A stretch of 64,000 nt of DNA, from the NCBI RefSeq assembly GCF_026210795.1, contig NC_089433.1, forward strand, positions 3,038,001 to 3,102,000, written 5' to 3'. Position numbers and translations under genes: made by a program. Positions within the stretch are counted from its first letter, which is position 1. The number at the start of each line of letters is the position of its first letter. The stretch is from Rhizophagus irregularis. Taxonomy: Eukaryota. The notes beneath the pieces were generated by a model. That model was not told the DNA's origin. It saw only the letters and a program-made list of their open reading frames with translations, and did no database searches. Positions 49,482 to 61,219 of this stretch are shown here, one piece after another.

Positions 49482-52400
49482 ATGTCAACACATCAAGCAA
49501 GAAGTGCCCAACACAGACAAGTCATCCGATCAGTTTTAGCTGAACTCAAGCAGGTATTTGTCAAGTCCATCTCATATCCCCGCTCAAATGCAAAATTGCA
49601 GGAATATGAGGATGAGATCCGCCAAATCCGTGAAGCACAAGCGGTAGTAACCAATGAAGAGATAACCCGCATGATGCAAATTGACCCAAACCCACATTAT
49701 GAGGTAGTCTTTGAACGTCGTGATCAGGTACATATAGGAAAGGAGTTAACAGACTCAAACTTTACGGCTGATATTGCTATAAGAACACCTGGAGAGCATG
49801 ACTATGCTTCATTTCTTACAGCACACAGTTAAACAATCCAGAATATTCTTCGGGATGAAAGAAATCGATTGGGATCAATAAAAGTAAGAATTGGAATATT
49901 TGCCACAATAAGACGTTTAGATTCTTACCTTGAGGGATTATTCAGAGATGGTAACTTTAGTGAAGATGATGGAGTAGAGTATATCTACAGATATAACATA
50001 CCATTTAAAACTCGCAATATGCCAATCCTACCATCAACAGATATTAATGGTGCATTTAACTTTGCATTAGCAAGAATCATGCAGAAAGTAGAAGACTATG
50101 TAAATTACAGATCAGGTTGGGAATTCTATCGTGTAGAAAAAATATTTATAGAAATCTCACAATTCCAACCACCCACAGGAGCAGGACACATACCACTCCC
50201 AAAAGATCTTGCCACGAAAAAGGGAGTAGTAAATCCAGCTAATGATGATGACAAATGCTTCCAGTGGGCAATCCTAGCAGCATTACATCCAGTAGAAAAG
50301 AATGCAGAAAGAATTTCCAAGTATAAGGAGTATGTAAATGAGTTAAACTTTGAAGGTATCGAATTTCCAGTACAAGCTGATGAGGTAATTCTAAGAAGAT
50401 TTGAGCGACAGAACCCAACTATTGCCCTCTGCATTTGTGAATGGCGTGACCACCGCCTATGTCCAATATATGTTACCGATAGGGATGATGCAGAGGGCCG
50501 TAAAATAATAGATTTAGTACTTATCAGTAACGGGGAAAAGCAGCACTATTGCTGGATTAAGAATATGAGCCATTTAGTAAATAAACGTACAAAAAATGGA
50601 CATGCAATATTTGTCTGCCGATGGTGTATCTCCCACTTCACACATCAACAAGAAATTCATGACAAACATGTAGCAATATGTCGAGGATTAAAGAAAACCC
50701 CACAAGCAGACCGCATGCCATCAGTAAAGAAAGGAAATGATATATATGAATTCAAGAACTGGAAACGCCGCATGCAAGTCCCATATTACTTTGTTGCAGA
50801 CTTTGAAGCCCTAGTAATGGACATACCACCCACAGATGAAGACAAAGATAAAAAAACCAAGAAAGTGCAAGAGCAAATCCCCTGCTCATACTCGTATATT
50901 AAGGTAAGATATGATGGTGTAAGTGAATCACAGAAGATATTTACAGGAGAAAATGTAGCACAAAAATTTGTAATCGAAATGCTAAATGAGGCTGAAGCAA
51001 TCCGTAATGAATTCAGAAACCCAATGGAAATGATGCCGTTAACAACCCAAGAGCAAGTAAGTTATGATAATGCAATAAACTGCTGGATATGTCGTAACCC
51101 CTTAGATGGAAATAAAGTAAGAGACCACTGCCATATTACAGGAAGGTATCGAGGTGCAGCACATAAAGGATGCAATCTTGACTTATCCATAAAACCTCGT
51201 GAAATGCATATCCCAGTAATCTTTCACAATTTATCAGGATATGATGGACACATAATTATGCAAGGAATTGGTGCAATGGAATGTGAGGATGATATTGATC
51301 CTATCCTTTATAACATGGAAAAGTATATGGCATTCAAGTTAGGTTCCCTCCGATTTATAGACAGCTTACAATTCATGAAATCAAGTCTCGACAAATTAGC
51401 ATCCAACCTAGGCGCAGAAAAATGTAGAGCACAAAAATGTAGTAATCCACAACACTTATGGCGAATTGATGCAGGTAGATGCTTTGCACATCCCGAAAAC
51501 TTTAAGATAACACGAAGTTAAATACCACCTGAATTACTCGAGATTTATCTTAAGAAAGGTGTCTACCCGTATGAATACATGGATGACTGGAAAAAGTTCG
51601 AGAAAACTAGTTTACCACCTAAAGAAGCATTCTATAGCAAACTTAATGAAACCCACATTAGTGATAAAGAATATGAATATGCACTGTATGTATGGGAAAA
51701 AGCAGGATGTAAAACAATGCAAGATTATCATGACATTTATCTCAAAACTGACGTCCTCCTACTAGCCGATATATTTCAGAATTTCCGAGAAATGGCCTTG
51801 AAAAAATATGGGTTAGATCCTCTCTGGTATTACTCAATACCAGGCTTTGCATGGGATGCACTATTCTTCATGACAGGGCAAAGATTGGATCTTATAACTG
51901 ACCAGGATATGTACATGATGGTAGAACAAGGATTACGTGGTGGAATCTCTATGGTAAGTAAACGATATGCTCGTGCAAATAACCCAGATATGGGAGAAGG
52001 TAAATGGACCGCAGAAAAGCCCAAGTCATCTATCCTATACTTAGATGCAAATAACTTATATGAATGGGCCATGTTGCAATACTTACCTACAGGTAACTTC
52101 CACTGGGTAAAGGAGGAAAACGAGTTATCTAACATTCAAAGGCAAATAGAAAGTAATGAAATACCAGATGATTCTTCTGAGGGATATATCCTTAAAGTCA
52201 AACTGGAGTACCCTCAAGCCCTCCATTCACAACACACAGATTACCCTCTTGCACCAGAACGAATGAAGGTTAAGAAGGAATGGCTTAGTAAAAAGCAGCA
52301 GAAAATAATAGCACGCTCAGGACAACGATATACACCCACAGATAAGCTCATCCCTAACCTATTTGATAAGGATGAATATGTAGTTCATTATAGAAATCTC

Positions 52401-53377
52401 CAGTATTATGTTAGCCAGGGCTTAGTAATCAAGAAGGTCTATGAAGCTATAAAATTCGAGCAGGCTCCATGGATGAAACCATATATAGAATTTAACACCG
52501 CCGAACGTGCTAAGGCTAAGAATGATTTTGAGAAGGACTTCTATAAACTCATGAATAATAGTGTATTTAGTAAAACTATGGAAAATCTCAGGAAACGTGT
52601 ACGTGTCTCAGTAGTACAACCCAAAACCCATCCCAAGAAATATAAAAAGCTTACCTCAGATCCTGCATTCAAGGGTCATAAAATATTCTCAGAAAATCTT
52701 GTTGCAATCCACTGACGAAAAGTGGAGGTAATGCTTAACCGTCCAATATATGTGGGTATAAGTGTGCTTGACCTCTCGAAGCTCTGTATATATCAATTCT
52801 ACTATGATACTCTTAAAGTACGATATGGTGAAAAAATCCAGTTATGTTATACAAACACAGACTCACTTCTTGTACAAATCCAAACTGAGGATATTAATGC
52901 AGACCTTATAGATATGGCAGACCAATTTGACTTCAGTGATTATCCTAAAGATCATCCTGTACGAAAAGCATTAGGTGATAAGACTGACATAAATATGAAA
53001 ATCCCAGGGAAATTTAAGGATGAATGTAATGGAGCAGTTATAGCAGAATTTATTGGCCTCCGTCCCAAAATGTACTCCATTCTCAAGGTAGGGGATGAGA
53101 CCACCAATCCAAAACATGGTATCCGTAAAGCTAAAGGTGTCCCCTCAAAGGTAGTTAAAAAAGAGTTCCACTATGAGCGGTATAATAAAGCACTCTTTGA
53201 TCCTAAACATAATGATACAGTCACCTTTAGAGCAATCCGATCTGATAGACATGCCATAAATGTTATAGAAATGTCGAAGGTGGGGTTATCCCCTATGGAT
53301 GATAAAAATGGATTGCACAAGATAATATCACAATGTATGCACATGGAGACTATAGGATACCACAACTTGAAAATTAA
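49482..53377 (+). pseudogene. Protein-primed family B DNA polymerase (pPolB), inactivated
   Basis: VADFEA, FHNLSGYDGH, FIDSLQFM, KGVYPYEY, YLDANNLY, KLMNNSVF, YTNTDS, KAKGV; EndoVII-like insert CWIC...DHCH...GCN. Stops at ~49830, 51519 and 52713; frameshift at ~53308. Confidence 0.95.
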
Positions 53378-54444
53378 TATAATATATGAGTAGGAGGCAG
53401 CATAGTATCAGATGGCACAACTAATAATTCTTCTCGAGTAAATATTTTTTTAGGTCCATCAGATAACCTATATATAACCGGCTGCCCATCAACAACTGTG
53501 GAAGATTCAATTGTATAAACTTTAATAGACCATATTGGATCAGTTGCACGTCTCCTACCTTGGTAATCTGAGTTATCAAGTAAGTATCTCACAAGAGAAC
53601 CAGCTGGTAAACGTATTTCTTCTGCACCTACAGGTCTATCCTTCCGAATTTTTGAAGGTAGTGCATACACTTGATCTTTCTGGATTGCCTCAACTGGAGA
53701 CATACCTAGCAGACGAGTATTAGAATTATTTAGCTCATTCACAATATCAGAAAGGTTCTTAACCCAGGCAGTATTCACACCTTCTGTAAGGAGTTCCTTT
53801 GCATCCTGTATTTTAAAAAGTCTTTCTGCTAAAGTTCGATTATACCGTTCAACAATAGCCTGACTCTTATGAGTAGTATCCACCCGAATACGCACACCTT
53901 TTTCATCCATTAATCGGATAACTTCATCCTTAAATTCTGATTCTCCATCTACTTGTAAAACTCTTGGCCAAATAAGCGGGCAGTCTGCTTTACTATAAAT
54001 CTTTTTAAATGCCTTAGCAACACGTGCAGAGCTGCGATCTTCTAGAGATACTGAAGCTTTATATCGGCTAGCAACATCTACAATATTCAGACAGTATTTA
54101 TACAGCTTTCTATCTACAGTATCATAGGGCATATATAAGATATCTGCTTGATGATACATATTTGGTCGAGTAATTTTATTAAAAGAAACCTGTGAAACAT
54201 ACTTGGGTATAGATGAGTGTATTTGCCATATAGCCTGTTTATGCAACCACTCTGTAATATCAGATATGTTAAAATCATGACCCTCAGCTTGCACTTTAGC
54301 CCAAAGTTTTTCAGGAGTACGATAATATCCACATGGATGGTAATAGATTTGTTGAAGGATATAATTTTGTTTGATTTGTTTATTAAATGTAGGGTCTATA
54401 AAAATCTGTGGAACTGGCAATGGAAGATACATCGTTAAAGACAC
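53374..54444 (-). CDS. Polinton retroviral-like (rve) integrase
   Basis: IYYHPCGY, HQADILYM, IVDVASRY, QVDGESEF, VERYNRTL and WSIKVYTI; convergent with pPolB with overlapping stop codons. Confidence 0.92.
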   Translation of the reverse strand: MSLTMYLPLPVPQIFIDPTFNKQIKQNYILQQIYYHPCGYYRTPEKLWAKVQAEGHDFNISDITEWLHKQAIWQIHSSIPKYVSQVSFNKITRPNMYHQADILYMPYDTVDRKLYKYCLNIVDVASRYKASVSLEDRSSARVAKAFKKIYSKADCPLIWPRVLQVDGESEFKDEVIRLMDEKGVRIRVDTTHKSQAIVERYNRTLAERLFKIQDAKELLTEGVNTAWVKNLSDIVNELNNSNTRLLGMSPVEAIQKDQVYALPSKIRKDRPVGAEEIRLPAGSLVRYLLDNSDYQGRRRATDPIWSIKVYTIESSTVVDGQPVIYRLSDGPKKIFTREELLVVPSDTMLPPTHILY

Positions 54445-57400
54445 AGATTACAAAGCTTGCACATACATTGCAATCACAAGAGCAATATATAAAATACCTG
54501 TATGGTGTAATCGAGGGTCATGAATCTGAGATAGAAGAACTTAGGCAAAAAAATGCTAAGTTGCGTGCAAAGCTTAAGAAAGCATTAGAAACGGCATCAC
54601 TAAAGGAGGAAGGGCTTCAAGCATTAGAACGTCAGCTGATTGAAGTTGATACTCTAAATATTCAACTTAAAGATCGAATAAAAGAACTTGCTAATAGACA
54701 ACGGAAAAACATGGCAGCAATTTCTCCTGACCCTATTACAGAAATCTTAAATAATCGGACAACTATAGCAAATAGTGTAGCTGGTATTCGTATTCACCTT
54801 GATCGTACAACTATTGCAGCACACCCTCATATAAATCATTTATTTAACACTGCAAATGATAGTTTTGATGCCATTATCCAATATGCTAATGAGTTGCGAA
54901 ATATTATAGAAGATCAAGATAATATGGAGGATAGACTTGAAGGTTTGTTAGATGATGCACATAACCGTGAAGAATATCTTAGACAAGAACTTAATAATAC
55001 ACGTGCTACTATACTGAGAACAAGACGTACTTATGAGGATGCATATGCAAATGAAGTGCGTCATCGCCAATATTGGGAAGCCCTTACACAAAATACTCAG
55101 ATCCAATTGGCTAACATCCAGGCTCAATTTGCTAACAGTCAAATCCAACTAGCTAATGTCCAGAGAGAACGTGATGAGAGTAGAAGAAATGCTCATAGAT
55201 TATTACAGCGCTATAATACTGAAACAGAGTGAAGTAGAAGGCGGGCTAATGGTATCATTCAGCAAGCTCGAGCATAGAGAGGGCAATTTTTAAACTGTCG
55301 CAATCATGGTCAAAATTTGCAAAATCAGGTCAATAATTTGAATCAACAGATTCTAGCATTACAAAATAACCCTCCGATAATACAACAACCGATAATGGCA
55401 AGATATGCACCTAAAAAATTTAGAGGAGCATCTGGTGAAGATCCAGAACTTTGGCTTCAAGAATTCAGGCAATGGTGTGAGTCTGCTGGACTTGATCCTG
55501 CTGCTAATGCTAGAACTCGTATTAGGATTCATGGGGTCTTTGAAACTTTACTTGAAGATGATGCTAGAGATTGGTATGAAACACATATCAAAGGAAAAAA
55601 TTGGGAATGTGTAAATCTTCTGGATAATACTGGTGTGGCCAATCTTGCTGCTTTTAATGCTTTGAATAATGGTGCTATACAGGCTGTAGCGGCGAATCAA
55701 TTTCGTGGAGGGGCTGGTGTATTACATGGACAAGCAGCTGCAGTTAATACTATTACTGGTGCTAATTTTATACCTAATCATACTGTATGGGATGAAGATT
55801 GGTCAATAGCTGAGGGTCGTCCTACTGATATAGCTGTTAATAATCCTAATGCTAATAATGGAGGTACAATTGTGGCTCCTGGAATACGTATTGGACAATT
55901 AATATATCGTTTTAAGCATTACTTTCCTACTATAACATCTGAAAAGTCTAAGCTTGCATTTAATGCTATCGTTCAGGGTAGTGATACTGTAAGCCGATTC
56001 TATTCTAAATTACGAAGAATGGTTAGACTTGCATATCCAACTCTTCCAGAGGTAAATCAGAATGAATTAGTACGGCAACAGTTCTTAAATGGTCTTTCCA
56101 GTGAAAATAAGTTGGATGCGCGACGTATTAGTTTAGAAAATTCAGTTGCATCTATTCTGAATAAATTGGAAGAAGTTGAGAAATACAGGACAGATATGCC
56201 ACCTACTCCTATAGTTACATATCAGGGTCCAACTTTAGCAGATATTGAGAATCTTATAAATTCTAAAATTCCTATGACTACGGCTAGATCATCTGCAGTA
56301 CCAGTACCATCTTCTAGTCCATTTTCAAGTCCTCAAAATGATACATCATTTCAGAGATTACTTGCTTTAGCATATAAATTAGGTCTTCCAAGAGATATCG
56401 ATATAAGTAAAGTAACCCTTAGTGATCTTGAAATATTTATTGATACAGAACTTAATAAAAATTTACCATCTGACCATATTTACCGTGGTAATCAGGTATT
56501 TGGTATAAGTTCAGGTACACGCAAACCAAAGAAATCAAAGAAATGCTCAAGTTGTGGAAAATCTGGTCATACTAAGAGTTCCTGTCCAAAATCTAAGAAG
56601 GGGAAGAGGAAAACAAATTATGCACAAGACTCCTCTAATTCCTCTAACTCTTCTGATGCCTCTGACTCCTCTGACTCCTCTGATAGTGATTCAAACTCTG
56701 GACATGCCTGCTATAGATTAAAAAAAAAGCCTACAGAAAGGAAACGTGTAGATAAAAAGCCTACTGATAAGAAAAAATCACAACTTGAAAGGCAGCGTAT
56801 TATCTTTGAGGTTTTTATACAACTCTTAAAGCTTCTGGTTCAATCCTTCGTTAATGCTGTACTAAAAGAGACTGTTATATCTGCTTACAATGCTCTGAAT
56901 GCTGAATTCATTAATTATAAAGAACCAGTACTCAGTCAGCTTAAAGGAGAACTCTCGATAAAAACACGTGAAAAAGTTTGGGATAATGTTAAGGACCTTT
57001 TCACATCTATCCTTCATCCTATGATTTCGGTTGTAACTAATAGTATGGCTGCAAATTTAATCCGTAAAAATGATGATGTTATATGTAATAATGACTTATG
57101 GTCTTCTATAGCAGGTATTGGAATTGTTAACCGCAAGTCTGCTAGTGATGTAGTCACTATTAAGACTAAAGTAGTCGCACCTGAGAGTGAAAAATCTTTA
57201 GTTATTCCTACGACAATTTTCGATACTGGTTCTGATAGTTCTCTAATATCTAACAATATCGTGAAGCGCCTAAATCTTGATGTTGATAGAAGTAATGCTC
57301 CTGACCTTAGTGGTGTTGCGACAAAATCTGATACTATTGGGACAGTATATGGTCTTGGTATCCTTGTATATGATGGAGAGAACTCTAAAAAAATTGAAGA

Positions 57401-58834
57401 TGACTTCATGGTTGTTAAGAGTGATAAGGACTTTTTATTACTGGGTGTACCTTGGATTGATCGTGCTTAAAGCTCGAACGGTTCAGGCTAAACCGGGGAA
57501 CCGATCCGAAACTGGCTCAAAATTCGGTTCGGTTCGGTTCGGGTATTAGAACCGAAAAACTGGCGGTTCAGTTCAGTTTAATCCGATTTTTTATAAAAAT
57601 GCGAAAAATCGAATAGCCGGCCATCTAGTGATCGTATAAAGTCGAGCCATATATTATTGGATTCCTCTCGATGAGACGCGTCGAATGGTGGTAAGATCAT
57701 GTCTCTAGCATCGATAGATCACACGTCAACCCACGCTAAATGATTTATAAATAATTGGAATTAGAAAGCTATCTATCTGTGCTAGAGACATGATCTTAGC
57801 ACCATTCGACGCGTCTCAGTGAGACAAATCCAATGAATATAAATTCGTTCGTGTACGACCACTGGATGGCGAATAATATCAAGTTTCGCATTTTTTTAAA
57901 ATTTTCGAGCGTTAAAAATTAAATTTCCGATACATGAATTTATTCGTTGTCCAATGGTCGTATAAATATGAATTAGTACTCATTAGATTCGTCTCGATGA
58001 GACGAGTCGAATGGTGGTAAGATCACGTCTCTAGCATCGATAGATAGCTTGCTAATGCCAATTTTTTATAAATTATTTAGCGTGAATTAACTTACGATCT
58101 ATTAATGCTAGAGACATGATCTCACCACCATTCGACTCGTCCCATCGAGACGAATCCAATGAGTCCTAATTCATATTTGTAGGACCATTGGACGACGAAT
58201 AAATTCATGTATCGGAATTTTTAATTTTTAACGCTCGAAAATTTTAAAAAAATGAGAAACTTGATATTATTCGCCATCCAGTGGTCGTACATGAACGAAT
58301 TTATATTCATTGGATTCGTCTCACTGAGACGCGTCGAATGGTGCTAAGATCATGTCTCTAGCACCGATAGATAGCTTGCTAATTCCAATTATTGATAAAT
58401 CATTTAGCGTGCGTTAACGTGTGTTCTATTGATGCTAGAGACATGATCTTACCACCATTCGACGCGTCACGTCGAGACGAATCCAATGATATATGGTTCG
58501 ACTTTATACGATCACTAGATGGCCGGCTATTCGATTTTTCGCATTTTTATAAAAATCAGATTAAACCGAACCGAACCGCCGGTTTTTCAGTTTGGTTTTT
58601 ACGGATTTCGGCTCTAATCCGAACCGTCTATAATCCGGACCAAACCGACCCGTTCGGAGCTTTAATCATGCTAATGTCATTCTAGATTTCCAAAATCGGC
58701 AATTGACCATCCCTCTATCATCACATAAAAAAATTACCATTCCAATTTCTCTACATAAACAGAAAACTAACGTGACTTCTTTGCAGATGGATACTATCGA
58801 CTTAAAAAAAATTCACACTCTCGAGGAAGATTAA
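54420..58834 (+). pseudogene. Coiled coil + Gag-like capsid + CCHC knuckle + aspartic protease polyprotein (two premature stops, MITE insertion)
   Basis: One frame from 54420 through stops at ~55230 and ~55275. Motifs PKKFRGASGEDPELW, LEDDARDWY, QGSDTVSRFYSKL...FLNGL, CSSCGKSGHTKSSC, FDTGSDSSLIS and LLLGVPWI. The frame resumes after the MITE (DRANVILDFQNRQLTIP...EED*). Confidence 0.85.
57468..58664. mobile_element. hAT-type foldback MITE (family 3) interrupting the protease domain
   Basis: TIR TAAAGCTCGAACGG...CCGTTCGGAGCTTTA; 8-bp TSD ATCGTGCT/ATCATGCT; the body is a near-complete ~1.1-kb palindrome centred near 58085. Confidence 0.9.
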
Positions 58835-58934
58835 CCTGTTATCCATGTGGAGCAAGTTTTGACTTTCCCTCTAAGTTAAAGCGTCATCTTGCTAGGAAAA
58901 ATCCATGTGTTTCCCAAACTTCTGCAGCAATGAT

Positions 58935-59065
58935 GGGCAGTGACGGGCAGTGACAGGGCAGTGCCCAAATTTTTTCGGCAGTGACGGGCAGTAACAGGGC
59001 AGTACCCAAATTTTTTTGGAAGTGACGGGCAGTAACAGGGCAGTGCCCAAATTTTTTGGCAGTGA
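58935..59065. repeat. GGGCAGTGAC-type tandem repeat (~43-bp higher-order unit x3)
   Basis: GGGCAGTRACAGGGCAGTRCCCAAATTTTTT repeated three times. Confidence 0.85.
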
Positions 59066-59081
59066 TTAGCCTTTACAAATA

Positions 59082-59594
59082 TTACATTTGCCATGTTACT
59101 CTGATTTCTAGGTCTTTACGGGTTTCTATGAGTTTTTCAATGGCATTTCTATTTTTAAAATATCGACTATATCTGATATCTATCATTCGAAGGTTTGGTA
59201 ATATATGCAGAATTTCACTTAGCAAATCTCTAACGTCACCTTTTCCACCATAGTATTGATAATCTATTATGCTAAGTTCCTGGATATTGGGGCAAGCTTG
59301 TAGCATTTTTACAATACAGATAGGCCATAATAATACTCCATCCATATTAAGCTTTCTGATATATTTTCCACATACTGTCCCTGGTTTTGTGAGATGTTTG
59401 TACATTTGGAACTCCTTAATATTATAGCGGTTATAAAGGTCTGTTTCACCCCATAGGAGAGAGTTTGCTACTACAGCCCATTTTCGACACACTAATGCAT
59501 AATTGCAAAGATAATGCCAACGGTAGTAAGTGCCTTCATATGTAGTTTTGAATATCTTTTCTAAAAGTTCGAAAGGTAAGCTATTGTTTGTCAT
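59082..59594 (-). CDS. F-box + leucine-rich-repeat-like protein
   Basis: SLPFELLEKIF...ALVCRKW F-box; CPNIQELSI and LPNLRMIDI LRR-like motifs. Confidence 0.8.
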   Translation of the reverse strand: MTNNSLPFELLEKIFKTTYEGTYYRWHYLCNYALVCRKWAVVANSLLWGETDLYNRYNIKEFQMYKHLTKPGTVCGKYIRKLNMDGVLLWPICIVKMLQACPNIQELSIIDYQYYGGKGDVRDLLSEILHILPNLRMIDIRYSRYFKNRNAIEKLIETRKDLEIRVTWQM

Positions 59595-59699
59595 GGTATC
59601 TCATATGAGATATTGATGAAGAAGTTTTATTTAATTAGATTTTTTTCTTAAGATAAAATAATTTGAACATTTCTTTTCTATCAATAGAAAAAACCAGAC

Positions 59700-60491
59700 A
59701 TGCTTACTTTTAGTGAACTTACTCCATCTCTTACTGTTACTGAATTTAAGATCAATGTTGAAGGGCTTGATTACACCGTGCTTGGTCATAAGCTTGAACC
59801 TACTAAGGATGTTATTGCCATTAATAGCAACTTTATTCATAAAGTTTTTGAGGGTTATGAACAGTACTTGTCTAAACCAAAAGGTGAGAGACGATGCAGA
59901 AGAAGTACACCTGACAATCCATTAAATAGGCGGCGACGTACTGGGAATGGTAGCACTTTTAATGCTTGCATTGAGTTTGTTATCATTTTAGCTGATACTG
60001 TACATACCATTCGTTATTTTCCTAGATCTGGTAGTATACAAGTTTTCAGGTCTTTTGATCCTGTTGCTATCTTCTTACGTTACCTTTCTGAATGTTCCCT
60101 ACCTGAGTTTTCTTCTGTAGAACTTGTGGGTGGAAATAAGGCTCTCCTGTGTAATTACAAATTTGTGATTAATATCGGGAGTAATAAGTTTATTCATCTT
60201 TCTACCTTAGCATATGCTTTAGAATCTGTAGATGGTATTCGTGAGATTCTCCCCTTTTCGATAAAGTATATTAAGAATGATGCAGGTGATATTCATTCTA
60301 AAATTGCTATAATCTTCACATCAAAGATTCGGGTACATATCTGGCCTAAATCTGGTAAGGTTAATATATTTGGCACTAAGACTGAATTGGCTGCTGATAT
60401 GATTTATAAGTTCTTACAGAAGTTGTTTTCTAATCCGAATGATTTTGGGGATTTTATTTGTGATGTACCTATTCCAGATTGTGAGAGGTAA
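59700..60491 (+). CDS. Putative divergent TATA-binding-protein-like protein
   Basis: Two related repeats, IRYFPRSGSIQVF and VHIWPKSGKVNIFG, match the twice-occurring TBP strand motif (xxIFxSGKxxxxG); 263 aa. Confidence 0.55.
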   Translation: MLTFSELTPSLTVTEFKINVEGLDYTVLGHKLEPTKDVIAINSNFIHKVFEGYEQYLSKPKGERRCRRSTPDNPLNRRRRTGNGSTFNACIEFVIILADTVHTIRYFPRSGSIQVFRSFDPVAIFLRYLSECSLPEFSSVELVGGNKALLCNYKFVINIGSNKFIHLSTLAYALESVDGIREILPFSIKYIKNDAGDIHSKIAIIFTSKIRVHIWPKSGKVNIFGTKTELAADMIYKFLQKLFSNPNDFGDFICDVPIPDCER

Positions 60492-60510
60492 AAAATGGTT
60501 TCACTGGGAA

Positions 60511-61194
60511 CTAGAAATCCTCTATTTGTAAAATCCAGCAATCACATTCCTGGCTTCTTATTGGTATAAGACATTCGTCACATAGAGTTATAGCCAACTC
60601 ATTTTTTAGTCTATCTAGCTGACTCTCGGTGGTCGGTGCAAGATTCTGATAGTATTCATTGAATTCATTCTGCTTTACTTCATCTATGTCTTCATCTGTG
60701 TCTTCATCTGTGTCTTCGTCCATATCTTCATCTCCTTTAATATGGTAGATGCTGAATTTATTTCTATATTCATCATTAGAATTTGTGAATATTCTTTGTA
60801 TATTGTAATCTATAATGTTGAATGTTATAGGTTTCTTTTTTGATAATATTTCTACTAAGTCTAATAATGCATATGCTAATTCTTTATCCTCTGAGAAGTT
60901 CTTAATGATATCTGAAAATCTTTCATATATTGCCATCTCATCTGGTAGAATAGAATATCTTATTCGTGATAAAAGTGATGGATGTATCCATATATCATCA
61001 CCTTCTAACATCTCATCAAATATTTCTACTAGCTCTTCTAATCCAGATACTAACATACTTTCTTTGCTAAATTCGGAATCTAAAGCTTTTAAATATGCTA
61101 TATCTAAATACCACATTATTTCCTTTACCCATTCTTCTATGTTGAGTTCAAACTGACCTAGTATACGTCTTAGTGATGGTCTGTATTGTGACAT
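60511..61194 (-). CDS. Acidic hypothetical protein with C-terminal Cys cluster
   Basis: 227-aa ORF with DEDT repeats and CDEC...CDC; preceded by the same upstream motif as pPolB. Confidence 0.6.
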   Translation of the reverse strand: MSQYRPSLRRILGQFELNIEEWVKEIMWYLDIAYLKALDSEFSKESMLVSGLEELVEIFDEMLEGDDIWIHPSLLSRIRYSILPDEMAIYERFSDIIKNFSEDKELAYALLDLVEILSKKKPITFNIIDYNIQRIFTNSNDEYRNKFSIYHIKGDEDMDEDTDEDTDEDIDEVKQNEFNEYYQNLAPTTESQLDRLKNELAITLCDECLIPIRSQECDCWILQIEDF

Positions 61195-61219
61195 CTTGTA
61201 AACCTTTTATATATAAATC

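Noticed and set aside
54420..58834. Gag-PR as a nested LTR retrotransposon
   Set aside because: No LTRs, PBS/PPT, RT or flanking TSD were found, and it is tightly packed against Polinton genes.
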